From positions 15,810,001-15,874,000 of the forward strand of contig OZ193909.1 in assembly GCA_964276515.1 (NCBI GenBank): a stretch of DNA of 64,000 nt, read 5' to 3'. Below the pieces are notes generated by a model that searched no databases, had not been told where the DNA came from, and saw nothing but the letters and a program-made list of their open reading frames with translations. This document shows, piece by piece, positions 51,401-64,000 of the stretch (positions are counted from its first letter, which is position 1; each line of letters begins with the position of its first letter). This stretch comes from Gordius albopunctatus. Lineage: Eukaryota. The translations under genes and the position numbers were made by a program.

Positions 51401-54400
51401 CGCACGACGTCAACCTCCCCGAACCAAACCGATATGCGACGGGTATATTTTTTTTGGACAAGGAAACTTATCCCCAGTGCCAAGAGATTTTCACTAAAAT
51501 GGCTTCGGACAAAGGGATAAGGGTAAGTGATTTGCCCGAACCCCCCCCCTTTTTTTGGACAATTTTTAGTCATTTTACAAATTTTACCATTTTTTAAAGT
51601 GTAGGACAGGATTATTTTATGAATTTTAAAATTTTGTGGCTCTTTCCCGCAGTTAATAGCATATTTTTGCCTGCCAAATATATAAATGGCTATACTCGCT
51701 CGCTTCTTGGGAGAGACTTCCCTTTTACATCCTTTGATTTTGAATATATATTTCCTTTAGTCTGGGCGGCACCAATGTCGACGTGCCTAAGGCATTTCAC
51801 GTCTTAAATTGTACTTTGCATTTTTTGACGTTTGCAAGAATGGTTAACCATATTTTTCCTTTAGTTTTTAAATGCAATTATTGCCATTTTTCTACTCGCT
51901 ATTCTGTCAGATCTTTGGCCTGTTATTATAGGCCACATTTAAAATGGGTAAATAAAAATGAAGTGGGAAAAAAGATCTTATCCAAAAGGGAAAGGCTGTA
52001 AAGAAAGATGGAGCAAAGAAAAGCAGCCGTGTGTAAAGCTCTAAATTTTCTAGATTACTTTGAGCATTATTGTCTATCCAATCATTTTAACCAGTATCGT
52101 CCCCCTCATGCCAACAATTACAAAAATTCCTAATTAATTTCTTTCTTTTGCAACGTTCAAAGGTTTTAGCCTGGCGACTTGTTCCCACCAATGTCACTCA
52201 CATCGGTAAACTGGCCCGGGACACGGAACCCCACATAACTCAAGTAAATTTCTAGGGATTTTAATATATTTTTTTTTAATTTACTAATTATCTTAAAGAA
52301 GATTTATATATGAAATGAATCATATTTTATGACTTATTCTTAGGTTTTCGTTAGCCCCGATACTTATATGGGCGAGGAGGAATTTAGGCGAAAAGTATAT
52401 CTATATTATTGTATTGTTTGGTGCGCGCGGCTATTAACTTTATATCTACTTTATATTGATTGTGCCCGCTTTTGGAGTTATTTACAAAAAGCCTGAAAGC
52501 AATATCACTTTGGGTTGGGACAAAAGATAATGCATTTTTTCCTATCTGTGACGCACGCTAATTGAATATAAAATATATCCTTTATTAATAGACGTAAAGC
52601 TCTTTTCGTTCCCCAGAAATGAGTCGATACGTAATTTCTTGGCCTATTGTTTACTCCTTCCTTATTTCCCCTCTTTGGCTTCTCAATTCAATTATAGCTC
52701 ACCGCCGGGTCATTTCGCTAAAAACCCATCCGAAAAAATCTATGGAAACCTTGTTAACATTTGCAACGCAACTCTCATTTTTTGACAATTAAATGTTCCC
52801 CCATTTTGTCATGGTTAAGTTTGAGAAGTCACTATATCAACTGGTTTGGGCAGACTTTTTTTACCATTGCTTTTCTAGCAGTATCGATGAATGTCATATT
52901 ACGATGCTGGTCCGATCCATGACTTTTAATGCCATTCCTCCGGGCCATAAAAAATTGCGCATAGTTATTGATCGACGACTTGGGCTTAGAAATAGGGGGG
53001 GGGGCTGAAAGGTCATTTATATGTAATGTGCGATTTTTGAGACGATTTAAAAAGCTTTATCATACTTAAACGGGGGCACGCCCGACTAATGTATTTCAAG
53101 TATTAAAGTCGTTTTAGTTTTGTATGGCAAGTTGTTTTGAGAGTTAAGTGAACTTATAATTGCGAATCCGATTATTCATAAATGATATGATATCGAAAAT
53201 GTTTACGCTAGATCTAGAGTTTTAATAAGGACTGCGTTTTGTTTGGTCGATCTTTAAACACTAGTTTCCACTTAATATTCTAACATTTAATCATTGTCCG
53301 GTTCGGGGCGCATCATCACAGCCATGTAGACTACTGCTCAACTCCCTTTTAAAATAGCTTCAAATTTCAAGATCCATATTTGAGTGTGATTAAATGGTTC
53401 TATGCCTCTTATATCTATTTTTATGTAGTACACACGCCATTAACGCCATTATTGACATGAGCCTTCAATAAAGTTTACTGGCACCTACACTTGAACCATA
53501 TTTATAATTTAAATGAATTTCCAAAGTGGTTTTTCCTATAAGATTTGTGGTTATTGTAGACCATCATATTTCACCGGATTATAAATTTTAAAACTATGTG
53601 GGTGCTTAGTTTTAATTGCGGTCCGTATTTGCAATTTAAGGTGCGTGACTAAATTTAGCGGTTGATCAGTTTAGAGGCCATGGTTTTGGATACCCGTTCG
53701 GTTCGAGGGTTGTTTCTTTTGAGCTCGCCCTTCTCCCCTACCCGCTATAAATTAAACACGCATTTTAAAAATTATTAGTGCTAGCAGCCATCAGGGGCGA
53801 ATCCAAGGGGCGGCTGCCCCCCCCCCCGTAAATCCCCAAAAATGGTTGAAATTTTGTTAAAATTATGGCTAAAATGTTCATTTCGCCCCTCCTAAATCAT
53901 TATTGCCCCCCTCTAATTCCAATGCTGGCTACCCACAGGCTAGCAGCTTATTTCACGCGGTATCACAACAGGTTTTGTCGCTTTTGGGTTTGGTATACGA
54001 CGCCCACCTCATAAAATTAAGAATCATCTATCGTGGCTAGCGATTGCTGCCATAAATAAGATCGAGGCATTAAATTACTTTTCAATCATGAAATAAGTAT
54101 GTCGAGATTTTGGCTTCAAAACGTTCTCCTTTTTTCTCCTCTTTTTACATTTATAGGAGGGGCCATGGGCCTCCCTAAATGGCAAAAAAAATATTTCCAA
54201 GCAAAAACCCTTAAAAAATAATAAATTTTACGTTTTGCCCCCCCCCCCCTCAAATTCCAACGCTGGCTACGTCCATGGGAGCGGATTCGAAAGTGACAAT
54301 TTTGGGGTGTCTTAACCCGTCAAAAATGAGGCCAACCCACGCGTCACTAGGGGATTAAGCAGCCTACTGCTCTGTATATAATATTATATCAGAAGTCTTC

Positions 54401-57187
54401 TTTGACGCTAGCAACGTCAAGATTTGCCCTAAATATAATCTGTTTTTTGTTATAATGAGATTTTTACATTCTTGCACCAACCCCTTCAGGTCAATTTCAC
54501 GCGGGTATATCGAGTTTATTTGTTGGATTACACATTTGGATAACATACCACATCATACCATCCCCCTTTCTCCCTTACTTTCTCCGCTAAAATCGCGAAA
54601 ATTCGATATATATGTTAATTTCTGCCGTGCCTCATCATGGGTGGGACTTTAGATTGATTATGCTGTTTTAGGCTCACCAAAGTCGAGCCTCCACCCCCAA
54701 TCTAAGGATTGTTTTGAATTAATTAATATTGTTGTACGAGCTAGCACTCGATTTTAAATGTTTTTGTTTTGTCGCGAAATCACCACTTCATCTCTAAATT
54801 TTTATCGCGATTGCATTTTAAATGTAGGGAGGGACGGGACGGCGGCTCATCAGCTTTTACAATGGACTATTCAATATTTCTCGTTGATTATGAATTAATC
54901 GCGCAACAGACGAGTATATATGGTTTTCAAAATGGCTTAAAATTTGATTACAACAATTTATTTGATTTGGTTTTAATATAATTTTTTTTGCGAAAAATCG
55001 AAATTAGCTTTACCTAGTTAGGAAGTACTCGACGCACAGGATACCCCAGTACGGTCTCCGTTTCTACATTTGCAGCTTGTCGCTGGAAACTATAGTTTAC
55101 AAGGTAATAATTTATTTTGCAAACTGCAACCAAATTCTTTCCTATTCGGTTTCGTAAAACTTTAAATCATTAAAGTAAATTTTAAATTTGTTGGCATAAA
55201 TTGTTTTTTTTAAAAATATTTATTTGTGTATAAAGGGTCAATTTAGGGTTGATCAAATATGGCCTTATTATAAAGATTTGTGCGACGAACGATTCGAAAC
55301 GCACTTTGCCATGGTGCACAGCCGATTCTCTACGAACACCTTCCCTAGCTGGGAAAGAGCTCAGCCACTTAGGTAGGTAACCATTAGATGACTACTTATC
55401 CCTCCCTAGCAGGTTATATTAACTTTAATGGATTTTTCTTTGTTGAAAAAGCACTTTAAGACTTATTATTTTTATAAGTGCACTAGCTGTGCCCGGCCAA
55501 GCGTTCCTTTGGCTTGGTCCTTAATTCGCTAAATAATTAGTACGTACATTAATGCGAAATATTAGCTCTTTGACAATTAGGCGACATTAGATGCTGCATT
55601 ATTACCAGTTGGCTCAACTTTTTTGACGACCAATAATTGTTTTTGAAATTTCTATAGTGACTACCATTACAAATTTTAGCCATCGAACTTAATGCTTTAT
55701 TTTGTACAACATTACTAAACCTTTTTATTGTCAAATATTTCGCGAACAAACTCATTTAGAGTGTGGATTTTACATCTAATCTTTAAACAAGATCAATTGA
55801 ATATATCTCGATTTAATCCTGAAGCTCACATATATCAAATTTTATTGGCAAAACACTTAATTTTGGAATTTATCCTAACACAATTTTTAAATTAAAAATT
55901 TAATTATTAAATTTGGAAACTATTTAGGTACATATGCCACAACGGGGAAATCAATACGTTGAGAGGCAACGTAAATTACATGAACGCGCGGGAGGGTGTA
56001 ATGAAGAGTCAGGAATATGGGAACGAATTGCCTCAGCTGTATCCCATCGTGGAACAAGGCGTTTCGGATTCGGGTTCCCTAGATAACGTTTTGGAATTTT
56101 TGATACAAGCCGGTCACAGGTCTCTACCCGAGGTTTGATTTAGTTTTCGTTGAAATTCGTATTGTTTTTTGCTTAGCGCTTTAGCCGCGGTGAAGCCTAC
56201 CCCCGGTTGGTAGTAAGATCCTACTTGGATGTTTTTATTAAAATATGGCATTACGCATGAGTTAGGTTGGAATTCAATTTAATAGGACGGCGATTTATTT
56301 TTTCGATATTGTAACGTTTTACATGAGTGACAGGCACACGCAAAACTCCATAAATATGTGTTAGTGTCATAAAAGTAGTATAATACGTCTCATATTGTAA
56401 GCAGTGACGGTGACTGAGTTAGGCGGGGCGAAATTGCACGTTTTAAGTTTCATCCACCATAACTAAGAATGGAGATTCGAACGTTGAGTTGGCTTGAATT
56501 TAATCTCTGTACCATTAATTTTTGGGGACTGTTCTGGCTTCTCAAAAATGAGGTTTAAAAATCTTTTAAGGTTTGATTTATTCAAGTTAATCGCTGTCCA
56601 TCAATATAGTCTTTATCGATTTTACTTTTATAGACAACAATATATGAGATTGTTGTGAGCGTGGGGAACCATTAACAGATTTAAAAACTCCAAAATATTA
56701 GTTCATTAAACGAAGAACTATCTACATTTAATGTGGGCGCTGGTATTACCAGTTAAGCTTAAGATTGGCAGTATCAAAATTATTTTGTGTACAATGTTAA
56801 ATTTTAGTGGACTTTAGTTTAAAAAGAGAGCTAAAAGGTGCAGTCTCAGTCTTAAAGGGCCCCTTTTTACTTACTTTTTATAAGCTATGCTATTGTGATC
56901 GTTCAGAGCTACAAAACGGATTTTTACAACTCGAGCCTGCTTAAAATGCTTAATTTAAACCCATCCTCCTGTAATATTTTATTTTGCAAAAGAAACTTAT
57001 CAAATCCAGTGGCTTTTCCAATATAGTTTAGTTAGACGATGTTTTTAAGCGATTCATTATTAAAAATGTCAAAAAATGCACGACAGAGCCCTGCAACTTT
57101 TTTCTTTTAACTCATAAAATCGAAGGTTGGCCTTGGGTCGCGTTTTGGGTTAACACTTTAAAAAAATGTGACTAACAACGTTTTTAA

Positions 57188-57223
<36 letters not shown>

Positions 57224-60200
57224 AAAGCATTATTTCCATTTTTCCAAAGTCGCATCGGACAAACCACTAAAACATGCCTAAATATTGTAAAAATATTATT
57301 ATGCCTTTAAACCGCACCCACGCATTGAACACCTTATTTATAAATTTACTAGTATTTACAGAGGTCAGATTTGTTTACATTTTTTTGCCCGAACCAGGCG
57401 CGATCCGATTTTATAACGAAATTCTCCTCCCCACCCCAACTCTTCTAAATGTCAGCCCGGCCATGCCCAATTCATTAGGGCTGCCCCAACTGCTCTGGCT
57501 CAATGATGATTTAAATCTTCAGTATTAATTTTGTCATTTTTTCCAAATTTTATTTAATTCTTGATTTTTTTGACAAGCTACGATAGGTGAATAAAAATAA
57601 TATACAATCAGTTAAAAAGATTACAAAATAATACATTATAAAAAATGTAAAAACTCTCATTAAGCCCGAATTCCCCGAATCATATCGGTATTTTATGGTG
57701 TCTGTTATAATGTGTATTGAACATATATATACCTACATAACATTTTGCCACACGTGCCCGTAGGCTACCATGAACATGATACCCGAAGCGTGGAAGAGCG
57801 ATACCGAGATGAATCACGAGAAACGCTCTTTCTACAAGTGGAGTTCGTGTTGGATGGAGCCTTGGGACGGGCCCGCTCTCTGCATATTCTCGGACGGGCG
57901 TTATGTCGGGGCAACCCTGGATAGAAACGGTCTGAGACCGGCGCGTTTTTACGTTACCCGTTCTGCCCACCTCATAATGGCTAGTGAAGTGGGAGTTTAC
58001 CACACCTCCTCTCCCAAAGATATCGTTCAAAAGGTATATATATATATAGTATGAGCAGTGCCCACGAGTATTTTATCTATCCCCCCCCCCCCCCCCGAAA
58101 CTGGCCCGAAATCTTTTTGGACCGGGCTCGGGTCGGGCTTTGGACGGCCCGTGCGGAGCTTTAAGTACGAAACCGGTGCAAGACTCTTTATTAGACTTAG
58201 ACGAAGAGTATCAATAATTTAAAAAGGCTATCATTATTTCATAAGAAGAATATTAAGTTTTCGTGCCTTTAGTAATGCATGTCCAAAGGCATGGGCATCT
58301 TATACTCTTTGCAAAATGTTAGCTATGTTTTGATCCTTGTTGGCATCCACGTTATTGCGACTTGGGGACCCATATTTGGTGATAATTTGTTTATAGTAGA
58401 TGGTAAAATAAGTAATGAAACAGCGAGGTGCGGACGTTTTTAGAAGCCTAATTTTTTGAAGAGTAGTGGTATAATTTATGACACGGTACGATTGTCTGAT
58501 TTTAGGTAAATGATTGTTTTGTTTTTCCAACAGTCAGGTATAAAATTTGTGTGTTAGTTTAGTACTGTAAAAGAGACATGGGTTTTGTTTACGCGATCTC
58601 TAACCAATGGTAGACTAATTAAAAGTCACGATTTTTTACAACACTACTGCGTGTAAATAGTTATAATGTGATTTGACGTCTTTATCGTCGTCCATTAGGG
58701 TCGTTTGAAACCGGGCAAGATGTTACTAGTAGACACGAAAATCAAACTTTTCGTCAAGGACGAAGATATCAAAATGAAGATATCCACCATGAGACCCTAC
58801 TCCGTCTGGCTTTTCGAAAGGGTATTTCATTCGCTCCATTACTTCATACATTTATTCATTGTTGTGCCCGACGGGCCAAGGGTCTGCTACGGTGATATTA
58901 TGGGGGTGTGCATAAAATAGACTCGCAATGTGTGTGTGTGCTTGAGTACATTGCATTTTGTCATGGAGACTCGGTCGGATGTGGCATTAAATATATGCTT
59001 AGGGGTTGTTAGTTGGCTAGCTGTTGTTATTGTTAACGAAACGTCGTTGTGTGCTGTGCAGCCATGTATAAATAATCCAGGCTTCATGAATGTAGCTAGG
59101 AAATGCAGCACATGTGGCGATAAAAATAACAACGCTAAGATTTAGGACAATAGGGGAGGGGATCCCCTAGATAAAGGAACCATACATTACGGACGCGCCT
59201 CTCACAACAGAAACTTTTGATGGTGATGGTAAGAAATCTATTTACTCCTTGAAAAGCGTAGCTCTAATAAGAGGCGCTTTGTAAAATCACAACTAGTGAT
59301 GGGGAAACCTCATAGTTTGTCGTCATAACGTTGAAATTTTACAGTATATAAAAAAATATTGACTCGAGATCGCCTACTTAACCAAAAAATTTAGGTCAAT
59401 TTTATGCTCAAACCTAAGCTTTAGGCTTCTCAATCCACCTCGAGTTTAAGGTTAATTTCTATTTTAAACCTCGATGCAGAGGTCAGAGTTTCTAAAAGAC
59501 CTTATAGGTTTTCAAGGAACCTCTAACCCAGCCTAAGGCTAACCTGGGATTGACTCACGCCTAACTTTTTCCCACCACTCATCACAACTTCTAATCACTT
59601 ATTTGTTCGCTGGGTTAGACCATAAGGATGCAAGATTTGTACGAAGACCATTTCAAGAAAGCCGCTAGACCTTTCAATCAAGGCGCCTCGAACAAAGAAG
59701 AAGCCCTGGCCCAAGGGCCCAACTCTGATAGGATCTCAGCCGGCTATGCGGCTAGCCGTGTGCCTTCGGTAACGGACTCCCCTCTTTCAGCCCAAGAAGG
59801 CGGCGCCATTACTGAGAAAATTCCAATTACCAACGGCGATGCCATGCCCAGGGACGTGATGTCCAATAGTTCGTATAACGATATAGATGCGGTAGAAGAG
59901 TATAAATACGATACTGTGCTGCACGACCGCAGGCTTCCCGTGTTCGGATTCACGGCTGAAACGGTGAATCTACTAGTCCTGCCCATGATAAAACAGAAGT
60001 AACCCGTCTTTCTTGTAAATTATTTCTTTAAAAAAATACTTGTATTAGCTAAAAATGGTGAACAAGAAAAAAAAGACTAGTATCAAACTTTTTTTCCAAT
60101 CGAGGGCCCATGGCTATGTAGTATTAGTACTTAGGTATTATCGTATTCTTAATTTTATTAGTTTTGTCGCTTAGATTTGGCTTTGTTTTCCATTTGATCA

Positions 60201-63200
60201 TGGTCGTTTTCAAGTTTATAAATCGGTATTATTATTATTATTAGTGGTGAATGATTTTTATGGCGGGCCAATGTATTAAGACTTTTAAGGTGAGTATAAA
60301 ATATTGGGATGAAGAAAACATTATGAGTGGGACTCACCAGTAATCACTTTGCATTAATTCAATTATTTATCTCGTAATTACCTGAATTTAATTAAAGACC
60401 GGGAAAAACAATTAATAAACACGGTAAAATTTTACCCAAAGATAAATTAGGCGATGATATGATGTGATTAACTTGCAACGTAGGAAAGAAGCCTTGGGTT
60501 CGATGGGCAACGATAGTCCCCTAGCTTGTTTGTCGGAATACAACCCAGCCATATACGATTACTTCAAGCAAATGTTCGCCCAAGTCACTAATCCCGCCAT
60601 CGACCCGTTCAGGGAAAAAAATGTCATGTCTCTGGCCTGTTACGTCGGACCCAGCGCCAATTTGCTCGAGGTCGGGCCCGAACAATGCCAGAGGCTGTAC
60701 CTCGAACAGCCCATCTTATCCCTACTCGATATGGAAGTCCTCAAAAATACCAGTTACCGGGGCTGGAAGGTGCGGCAAAAACATTTTTTAAGCCCATCTA
60801 GGAAACTGTCCTGTTTTGTACTCTCTAACCTTTTCGCTATATTAATTTTGATTGCTATGCAATTTATGGGCTCGCTCGCTTCTAGTTGTCCGTCCTCTTC
60901 TCTCCAACTTGTAATTTTTTAATAATTGCCGTGGAAACCTATGCGGGAGGGATTCTAATAGCTGTGGACTCATGCTTCTGGAAAACACTTTATATTTTGC
61001 TCTCCCAAATAGACTAGCTAATGACCGATGATTGGCTTTAATTATGTTGACCTCGCTCGAGCCCAGATTCCATTATCGTTTTTGTGCCCGACTGATTGAT
61101 TACCTTTATTATTAATGCATTTTTTGGGCTACTTGTCTAGGTTGTTGCTATATATATCGGATAATTGCGAAACTGACTAAATGATTCACCGCAAATTTTC
61201 TATTTCGTGTTTAACGTCTATTATTTAGACCAAAGTGATTGACATGATATACCTGGCATCGGATGGATTAGAGGCATTGGAGGCAGGCATAGACAGAATT
61301 TGCAAGGAGGCTGCCATAGCCGTTGAATCGGGTCATAGTTTGATCGTGCTGTCTGATAGGAAGGCCGGCCCTCAACACATACCCATCCCGGCTCTTATGG
61401 GACAGGGGGCGGTGCATCACTTTCTGCTCCACAAGAAGTTGCGCATGAAAACTGGGATCATAGTGGAAACTGGGTCCATAAGGTTTGCAAACTAATCTCA
61501 CATCTTCCTAATCTCACTAAGGTCACTAGCGATGTCTCTATTGCAATGCGAATCATGATGTGGCGTTGGCATAGTTGGATGGATTTAGCATTTTGAGAGC
61601 TGGCAGAAACGTTATTTATGAGTTAACGAGGGGCGAAATTATGATTATTTGCGATTGGGGGAGGAGATAGGTACCACCTCCTTGTGGTGTGCCTATGTTG
61701 TAATCATATGTAATTAATACCTTTTCACTTAGATTAAAAGTGTTAGTTTTGCAAAAGGGGTCCTTAAAAGTCGGGGTGGCATCGAAACTACGTGAGAGAT
61801 AAGATGAGTGATTTTCATTGAAACCACTCACTAATGGATGTGGTGGTGGTGGCATCTTCGTATGTTCAAAAATTTTAATTTTTAAACAGTGTAATTAAGC
61901 TGATACTAGGGACAAGCATGCATAACGTTAAAATACTTATTATTTACCCTTGATGCTTGCTTTAAATGGCTAAAACACTTGCATTAATTTATTTACCAAA
62001 GGTATATTAATTTTAAAATTTAATCGTGCATCACTTAGTTAGACCCTCCTTAAATCATTGCCATTTTAATCCTTGCGCCTAAATGTGTCTCCCCTTTAAC
62101 TCAATGGTATGTATTATTAAGAGTGAGTTGTCCATAAATAAACTCAAATGTGCCTTGGATTATTAGGATTCAAAACTTTGGCAAAGGCATAATTAATGGA
62201 ATTCCTTTAGTTTCAATTGAAACATCTTAAATTTTTCAGCCTTTTAACTCATTTTTTGCCTTTTGCATTCCTATAATAAAACTCATTTGACTAAAACATG
62301 GCTGGGATCTCTTTTAGTGAGCTATACACATATACATATTTAAGGGGGATATTTGAGGTAAATATTTTGAATGGCACGTAGGCAAGTGGCTCACATATGC
62401 TTGTTACTGGGGTACGGGGCGGACGCGGTATGCCCTTACTTACTTTACGAATTGGTGGCTGGGCTGAGGAAGGAAAACATGCTAGATCCCGTTTTCACCG
62501 ACGAAGTCATTTACCAAAATTTTCGCGATGCCGCCGAGAAGGGGATCAGCAAAGTCATGGCCAAAATGGGTATCTCCACCCTGCATAGTTACAAGGTTAT
62601 CTTTCTAAATTGTCACACCTCCTTTATTAATATTTATTGCCTTGATCTGAAAGATTTTTATTAATTGCTTCAAGTATATTTTTGTCTATAATGGTAATAA
62701 AGCTTAGTTTAAAACATTTTAAGTATTATCTATCACCTTATTAAACGTAAAACTATTTTTTATGATTTTCATTATATTGAATTTATTCACCTTAAATTAT
62801 TATTATGGTTTATACGTTTTTTCTATGGAAAAACCTTATTTTCCATCCATGGGGCGAAAAAGTTTGCGCTGACAATTTTTTTTATCCCCAAGGCTAATTA
62901 GCCGTATTTCTCAATAACAACATTCTATCAAAATTTTGTACCTCTTGATAGCCCCAAACGATTTATACACTTTTATTGAGGCAAAAACCCATTTATATAT
63001 TCTAAAGATTTTTATTTTGACTACCTACCTTCCCTCTAAATCCAAAAATCGGTTGAAATTTATTAAAATTATGGCTAAAATGTTAAAAAATGATCATTTT
63101 GACCCTCCCTAAATCATTATTGCCCGCCCCCTCTAATTCCAATGCTGCCTAGGACCATGTACCTACCTTGCCCTAATAAGCAGCGTTTTCTAATTTTATC

Positions 63201-63638
63201 CACCCAAACTTTGTTATGGGACGAAGAAGAAGTGTGTGTATAATTTTGAATTTGTTTTGCACGCATCTTCACTACGCAGGGTGCTCAAATATTCGAAGCG
63301 ATCGGGCTGGGACCTGCCATAGTTGATAAATGCTTCGCTGGCACTCCATCTCGACTCGGTGGAGTCACCTTTCCACTCATAGCTAGCGAATTGGCTTCCC
63401 AACAATTCAAGGTTCATTCATTATTTACATTGATTTACATGTAATTTTTTTTGTTAAACTTTGTAAATAAAGTACTTAATTATTTCGTTAAATTATGTCT
63501 AAAATATGACGACGCATTTAAAAGGCATACGCTAAACGAGAATGTGATAACATTCTGCTCCTGGATCCCGGATTCTATCATTGGCGCGATGGAGGGGAAA
63601 AACACGTTAACGACCCCGAAGCCATAGCTAATTTGCAG
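48497..63638 (+). CDS. GLT1: Glutamate synthase (GOGAT, presumably the NADH-dependent fused type), 5' part, continuing beyond the window. Exons 48497-48613, 51181-51311, 51396-51522, 52163-52243, 52344-52394, 55008-55103, 55236-55372, 55928-56132, 57764-58033, 58699-58821, 59619-59998, 60484-60769, 61229-61482, 62382-62595, 63280-63411, 63525-63638
   Basis: Motifs GLYDP...DSCG, MEHRGA...[137 protein letters not shown]. All introns GT-AG and in phase. Confidence 0.97.
49746..49955 (+). mobile_element. tRNA-derived SINE (210 bp) in glutamate synthase intron 1
   Basis: A box TGGTGTAGTGG and B box GGTTCAATCCC in a tRNA-like head, then an unrelated tail. 11-bp direct repeat ATCTATAAATT on both sides (49735-49745, 49956-49966). 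Confidence 0.85.
53789..53939. mobile_element. hAT-type MITE (CATGGGCGTAGCC family); further degenerate copies near 40040-40164, 45522-45570, 49487-49620, 54160-54276, 63031-63160
   Basis: Shared core TAAATC...TTATGGCTAAAA...CCCTCCCTAAATCATTATTGCCCCCCTCTAATTCCAATGCTGGCTAC. Perfect TSD CTAGCAGC. Confidence 0.82.
55483..55525 (-). mobile_element. Helitron-type 3' terminus (second family) in glutamate synthase intron 7
   Basis: Minus strand reads GCCAAaggaacgcTTGGC (hairpin) - CGGGCACAG - CTAG|T. The 5' extent is not determined. Confidence 0.6.
57193..57219. repeat. (TA)n microsatellite
   Basis: Read directly. Confidence 0.95.
59294..59580. mobile_element. 287-bp hAT-type MITE ending 38 nt before the start of glutamate synthase exon 11
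   Basis: TAGTGATGGG...CCCACCACTC ends, AACCT repeats, perfect TSD ATCACAAC. Confidence 0.8.
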
Positions 63639-64000
63639 GTGGGAATATTGTGTTACGAGGCGAATAACCCATACTTTTTTCCTTAAAAATTTGTTATAAA
63701 TTTTCATTTTGGCTTGATTGTTTATGTACCTATGCTTTTAAATTTCTCACATAATTTAATTTAGGCAATGTTTGCCTTAGGCCTTGTCGGGGACAAATTG
63801 GTTAAAATTTCTAACTTCGTATTGCTTCCTTTACTAAAGAATTTGTTCGCTTTGTGACATGTTGTTTTTTAGCTATGAAAATGGATGCTTTAAAATACAA
63901 ATTATAAGCCTTGATTTTAGCTCGCTAGGCCAATAATTATGGGGGTGGCTAAAATGGACTGCCGTTTAAAATGCAAGTTGGCAGTAATGTTGCCCCCTTT

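Noticed and set aside
48497..63638. Horizontally acquired bacterial gltB
   Set aside because: At least 15 spliceosomal introns, and the enzyme is normal in invertebrates; nothing suggests recent transfer.

Overview
AT-rich, intron-containing genomic DNA from an invertebrate animal; it is not prokaryotic. I assembled four host genes by hand, exon by exon, with consistent splice phases: INTS9 (+, 7 exons), a divergent Nopp140/NOLC1 (-, 8 exons, LisH-like N-terminus plus SRP40_C), Osa/ARID1 (+, 12 exons) and the 5' part of a glutamate synthase (+, 16 exons, running off the window end). Introns and intergenic DNA hold nested, mostly decayed transposons: an internally inverted Helitron inside a hAT-like shell, a TTAA-flanked piggyBac, a Gypsy remnant whose 3' LTR is interrupted by a hAT, an RTE LINE carrying a CRE/RLE LINE and a MITE, a tRNA-derived SINE, and a high-copy hAT-type MITE family with 8-bp TSDs. 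The strongest signals are: (i) sharply bounded ~1 kb CpG-free zones in the 5' part of the three housekeeping genes, suggesting 5'-targeted germline gene-body methylation; (ii) clusters of 34-39 nt introns; (iii) a Nopp140 lacking the acidic-serine repeats; (iv) an orphan CpG-rich promoter-like island with a TATA-like element and splice donor; (v) a possible SINE-RTE partnership. I found no convincing wholly new multi-gene system. Homology calls come from recognised motifs, not database searches.
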